Virus record (IMG/VR): IMGVR_UViG_3300020294_000022
Span: 1-28,026 of that record
DNA: 28,026 nucleotides
Direction: 5' to 3' (one strand)
Origin: a virus
Taxonomy: Duplodnaviria; Caudoviricetes
The notes beneath the pieces were generated by a model. That model ran no database searches, was not told the DNA's origin, and saw nothing but the letters and a program-made list of their open reading frames with translations. The stretch's first letter is position 1. Every line of letters begins with the position of its first letter. Shown here in pieces: positions 24,681 through 28,026 of this stretch. Both the position numbers and the translations under genes were made by a program.

Positions 24681-25000
24681 TGGTCGTTATTTTCGTTAAA
24701 ATCATGTTCTAATTCAAGTTCCCATAGGTTGTTGTCATCATTATAAAAGTCATAAGCATTGTCTAATGATCCATTGGTTCCTATTCTAATTTCCTCTCTT
24801 GATGGTATGTGTTGGCCATAGGGGTTGGTAAATGACTCGTTGGGTAGGAAGTACATGCCACATTTTAAGCCTCTCATAGCCTCTCTGCCGACCGATCCCT
24901 CCATTGACCATACATAACCATTATCAATCCATTCCTGCATCATCTTGATGTGCGGGAAGTCTTGTTGTCGTTCTCTAATAAATTTTTCTTTTACTTTCAT
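24671..25000 (-). CDS. Hypothetical protein
   Basis: 109 aa; Q..ID.G..W.MEGS.GR.AM pattern. Confidence 0.6.
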   Translation of the reverse strand: MKVKEKFIRERQQDFPHIKMMQEWIDNGYVWSMEGSVGREAMRGLKCGMYFLPNESFTNPYGQHIPSREEIRIGTNGSLDNAYDFYNDDNNLWELELEHDFNENNDQWN

Positions 25001-25002
25001 AT

Positions 25003-25137
25003 CTATTTGTTTTTAATTTTAATTTCACATTTTTGTAATTCGTTAATGAATAAGCCTAATTCTTTACCCATCTTTGTTTTATCATATTCTAAATAATCTT
25101 CCAGATTATATAAGATTTTCCATAATTTTTCCTTCAT
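25003..25137 (-). CDS. 44-aa hypothetical protein (not in the ORF track)
   Basis: MKEKLWKILYNLEDYLEYDKTKMGKELGLFINELQKCEIKIKNK*; fills the gap with 1-2 nt spacing on each side. Confidence 0.55.
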   Translation of the reverse strand: MKEKLWKILYNLEDYLEYDKTKMGKELGLFINELQKCEIKIKNK

Positions 25138-25138
25138 T

Positions 25139-25384
25139 TTATTTTATTTTATTTTTAAAGTTTATAAATTGTTGGTGTATGTACTCTTCAGGATCAGGAG
25201 ATAGAATGTGTACCTCCGAATCTACATCGCCATCCTCGATGACTTTAGTTATTAGACTTACATCATACCCTGTCGGATCCATGATCGCTATCTCTTTGTT
25301 CTTGTTGTCATTGGTATACTCCCATACCATATAGCTGTCCCCATTGTAGGAGATAGCTTTTTCAATTATCTTACTTGCTTTCAT
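25139..25384 (-). CDS. Hypothetical protein
   Basis: 81 aa early gene. Confidence 0.6.
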   Translation of the reverse strand: MKASKIIEKAISYNGDSYMVWEYTNDNKNKEIAIMDPTGYDVSLITKVIEDGDVDSEVHILSPDPEEYIHQQFINFKNKIK

Positions 25385-25399
25385 ATCTGTTGGTTTAAG

Positions 25400-25609
25400 T
25401 TAAAATTTTACTTCTGTCTGTTCATCTGATTCGCCTCGATACTTTTTTAGTACACTGAATAAGGCATCAACGCATTCTCCATCTGTCATCTCTTCGCCAT
25501 CTATAGTAACAACATTTACAATGTCATTGTATAGATTCTCAAAGTTGTCTTTCCAATAAGTTGCTGATTCGTCAGCACGCCTGTAGTCTTCGTCTATATT
25601 GTTTTTCAT
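25400..25609 (-). CDS. Hypothetical acidic protein
   Basis: 69 aa early gene. Confidence 0.6.
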   Translation of the reverse strand: MKNNIDEDYRRADESATYWKDNFENLYNDIVNVVTIDGEEMTDGECVDALFSVLKKYRGESDEQTEVKF

Positions 25610-25620
25610 ATCATTTGTTA

Positions 25621-25881
25621 TTATAAATTATCTAATGCGTGATCCGTAATCTCATCATAATCATATCCCCATTCTCGGAGAAGTGCATAAAGGTTTTCGT
25701 AATAAAATTTTACTCCCTTAGTTTTGTCAGATTCGTGTATCCAAATTGCATTGTTACCGTCTTCGGTGAATCGAATTAAAATTGATCGGTAGTGTATTAC
25801 ATCACCCTCTAATTTTACTTCTATCTCTCTGGTTTCGCAGTTAGATATTACTTCAAAGTTGTTTTTTGTTAGTGTTGTCAT
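25621..25881 (-). CDS. Hypothetical protein
   Basis: 86 aa early gene. Confidence 0.6.
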   Translation of the reverse strand: MTTLTKNNFEVISNCETREIEVKLEGDVIHYRSILIRFTEDGNNAIWIHESDKTKGVKFYYENLYALLREWGYDYDEITDHALDNL

Positions 25882-25900
25882 AATTTTAAGATTAGATTAG

Positions 25901-25986
25901 GTTTGGTTTAGAGGGATGAAAGGGAACAGCTCACCCCTCAGTTCAAACCAAACAAATTAATAAATAAAAAAAGGTATTTGTTCCCT
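25901..25986 (-). ncRNA. Candidate pseudoknotted RNA element
   Basis: Stems GUUUGGUUUG/UAAACCAAAC and GAGGGGUGAG/UUCAUCCCUC; loop UGUUCCCU is complementary to upstream AGGGAACA. Confidence 0.5.
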
Positions 25987-25989
25987 ATA

Positions 25990-26061
25990 TGGTACGCAGG
26001 AGGAGGAACATGACCCTCACTTCATCTCGAGATTCTATTTACCCGTCGGTAATCCTGCGTA
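25990..26061 (-). ncRNA. tRNA-like cloverleaf ending in CCA (non-canonical)
   Basis: UACGCAGGA/UCCUGCGUA closing stem, three internal hairpins, 3' CCA, 72 nt; lacks canonical D-loop, T-loop and anticodon stem. Confidence 0.5.
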
Positions 26062-26069
26062 GATTGTAA

Positions 26070-26315
26070 TTATTCTTTACATATTTTGTTTACTTCGTCA
26101 CATGTAGAGCATCCAAAATCCTCTGGGTCTCTCTCTGTTATGTCTTGAATTCTCTCGATCTTCATCTCTATTTCTTCATCATCTTCAAACATATCCATAA
26201 GCATGGATACAGTTGTCATTACCAGCTTGAACTCTCCAACATCTCGGATGTCCAGCTTTTCAATTATCTTAAGGGCTAATTGTTCTTTGTTGTTTGTGAT
26301 AGGTATTGTTTGCAT
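26070..26315 (-). CDS. Hypothetical acidic protein
   Basis: 81 aa with CSTC near the C-terminus. Confidence 0.6.
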   Translation of the reverse strand: MQTIPITNNKEQLALKIIEKLDIRDVGEFKLVMTTVSMLMDMFEDDEEIEMKIERIQDITERDPEDFGCSTCDEVNKICKE

Positions 26316-26316
26316 G

Positions 26317-26616
26317 TTATTTAATGTTAAGTGAATTAGGTTTGCGTGTTGTGTAGTGTTTAGTTACTTTGTTGAAGTAGGCAGTTTTGATTATCTTATT
26401 ATCTACTTTCAAACGGAATACTGACCAATCTCCAAAGTCTCTTTTTGTTTGTTTGATTGTGCAAAAATCATTTGAATGTGTCCCGCTACTTCCTACTTTT
26501 ACATGGATTTCTGAATGATCTCTCACTCCATAGCTTTTGTTTCCTTTCGTATATGGCTTACTCGCATAAGCACACGAATCAATTACGTTGTAAATTGGAT
26601 AACTTCGATTTCCCAT
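26317..26616 (-). CDS. Hypothetical protein
   Basis: 99 aa; SYPIYN.I.SC.Y...KSYGV pattern. Confidence 0.65.
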   Translation of the reverse strand: MGNRSYPIYNVIDSCAYASKPYTKGNKSYGVRDHSEIHVKVGSSGTHSNDFCTIKQTKRDFGDWSVFRLKVDNKIIKTAYFNKVTKHYTTRKPNSLNIK

Positions 26617-27149
26617 AATGTATTTATTTAGATTAGTATTAAGGTTTTAAAAATTAGATACCCCACGAGATATTTTCTACACTCGTGAGGTTGTTGTCGA
26701 TTTTTACGTTTGTACTGATGTCGCCCAAACGGATGGCGACTCGCCTTCTTCCTTCCCTCTCAATTGGAGTTTTTGCCAATGTGCAAAAAGCATTAAGTTA
26801 ATACGCCAAATGTCTTGAGTTTACATAGCTTACCACGACCATGTCACAATTTATTGATAATGAGTTTTTCCAAAGTGGCTACTCATTCGGTTGAAGTGCT
26901 GAACTTGAAAATAGTACTTGCATTAGTTGATTATATTTGTTTAGTTGTTTTATTATGGTTTCGTTGCACCACACCACTGAACAGGGGTATAATCTACCTT
27001 TGTTTGTCTTGGGGGGTCATCTCCCCCATCTTTTCAATATGGTTTATCGGTTTGGCTTCGGTTCTTTTTTTAGTTCTGGACTATTTGCATTGAGCAAAGA
27101 ACCTACTACTTAAGAAATAAAAATTTCTAATTTGCCGATAAATATAGTT

Positions 27150-27187
27150 AGTAGAGGGGGAATTGCACCCCCTTAAATTGGTCTACC
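27150..27187 (-). ncRNA. tRNA acceptor/T-arm-like minihelix
   Basis: GGUAGA-ccaauuuaa-GGGGG UGCAAUU CCCCC-UCUACU; a 5 bp stem with a 7 nt T-loop-like loop stacked on a 6 bp helix. Confidence 0.45.
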
Positions 27188-27557
27188 CTACTTTTTTAAG
27201 CTGGTTAGCGTTTTGTCGCTTAACCCTTGTTTTAATGGTTTCAACTTTGTTAAACTTTCTTAACATCATTAAACCCTCGTAAAAGGAAAATAAATTTTTC
27301 CCTTCTTTTGCAACATCTTTAAAGTCTTTAAAGTCTGGAAATTTAGACTTTCCAAGAATTCCAGATTTTTGCGTTTCGCTTAATTCCTTAACCTTTTTAA
27401 ACACATTTGATAAACTTTTATTTTCCAGCTTATCGGTTGCATTGGTTAATCTTACCCAATCAAAAGAACTTTTTTGTTTTTTTCCTTTTAACGTCTGGAT
27501 TGTTGCATTGGTTTTGATAACCCATTTAGGGGTCATCGATTGCTTTTTAGATTGCAT
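27183..27557 (-). CDS. Lys-rich hypothetical protein, first gene of the early arm
   Basis: 124 aa with an A-rich upstream region. Confidence 0.65.
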   Translation of the reverse strand: MQSKKQSMTPKWVIKTNATIQTLKGKKQKSSFDWVRLTNATDKLENKSLSNVFKKVKELSETQKSGILGKSKFPDFKDFKDVAKEGKNLFSFYEGLMMLRKFNKVETIKTRVKRQNANQLKKVG

Positions 27558-27608
27558 AATTAAAAATATTTGAATGAACGTAAATTTGTCGTCTACTTAA
27601 AGACAATA

Positions 27609-27642
27609 CAAGACTAAAGAGAAAAAAAAATATGATTGCAAA
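27609..27642 (-). promoter_or_regulatory. Possible early promoter (Bacteroidota type)
   Basis: TTTG-N22-TAGTCTTG upstream of the first early gene; one mismatch and a slightly long spacer; AT-rich upstream. Confidence 0.35.
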
Positions 27643-28026
27643 AAATGTTGAAATATAAATTTTTTTATGTTTTTTGTTTTATTTCTTTATTTATTTGGAT
27701 TTGTCAATTTTATTTATTATAGGCATTTATCAAGGTTGGGGCTATTTAAAAAGCTGGTTTAATTGGCTGGCAGTGTTGGGCATTTGTAATTTTTCCAGCT
27801 GGAGTTGTTCGGGGGTTGTTTGTTTAGGGGTTTGGAATCTTAAAAGGTTAGTTAGTCGTTGTCCCTGGATAACTTCCACAGCTTACCAGATTAAACGCCC
27901 TAACGGGTGCAATCGCCAAAAGTTTTTCGCCTGCTGTGGTTTTTTCGTTGGGGGGTGGGGTTTGTGGTTGGGCTTTCTGTGGGATGTCGGTTGTTGTATT
28001 ATATATATAACCCAAATACTACACAT

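Noticed and set aside
12950-25334. Short plus-strand ORFs opposite the early/replication genes, plus nested same-strand ORFs 14062-14280 and 19882-20148
   Set aside because: They overlap better-supported genes and have shadow-like composition.
25990-26061. Functional tRNA-Ser(CGA)
   Set aside because: No anticodon stem, no GG D-loop, no TTC T-loop and no long variable arm.
26715-26745. Hammerhead ribozyme (CTGATG followed by a GTCGCC/GGCGAC stem)
   Set aside because: CUGANGA is incomplete and no GAAA follows the stem.
26815-27093. 92-aa hydrophobic plus-strand ORF
   Set aside because: TTG start, opposite to all neighbours, and the hydrophobicity is explained by the T-rich strand; not fully excluded.
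1-28026. Stop-codon reassignment, integrase, reverse transcriptase or DGR
   Set aside because: Genes tile densely in the standard code using all three stops; no integrase or RT motifs and no long near-identical repeat pairs were seen.

Overview
About 28 kb of an AT-rich dsDNA phage genome, most likely a podovirus-like phage of Bacteroidota/Flavobacteriia. The host inference rests on TAnnTTTG-type promoter elements, A-rich start regions without Shine-Dalgarno sequences, and a signal peptide exposing Gln. The window has two convergent arms. The + arm (1-11234) is the end of the virion module: a truncated TSP3-repeat tail protein, a tail-stabilisation-like protein, a GNAT-like protein and three putative ejection proteins. 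The - arm (27557-11313) carries many small early genes, then ERF recombinase, exonuclease, SSB, HNH endonuclease, a DnaA domain IV protein, a replication initiator with internal iterons, a T7 gp4/Twinkle-type primase-helicase, a PAPS-reductase-like PP-loop protein, a metallophosphoesterase, membrane/secreted proteins and an endonuclease. I recognised no DNA polymerase, integrase or CRISPR array. The most unusual signals are non-coding: a CCA-ending tRNA-like cloverleaf directly followed by a pseudoknot (25901-26061), a T-arm minihelix and a hairpin-rich ~560 nt gap in the early region, and an A10 run plus stem-loop in the largest virion gene. An HTH segment is also duplicated between the HNH and DnaA-IV proteins. 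All family calls are from motifs read by eye, with no database searches.
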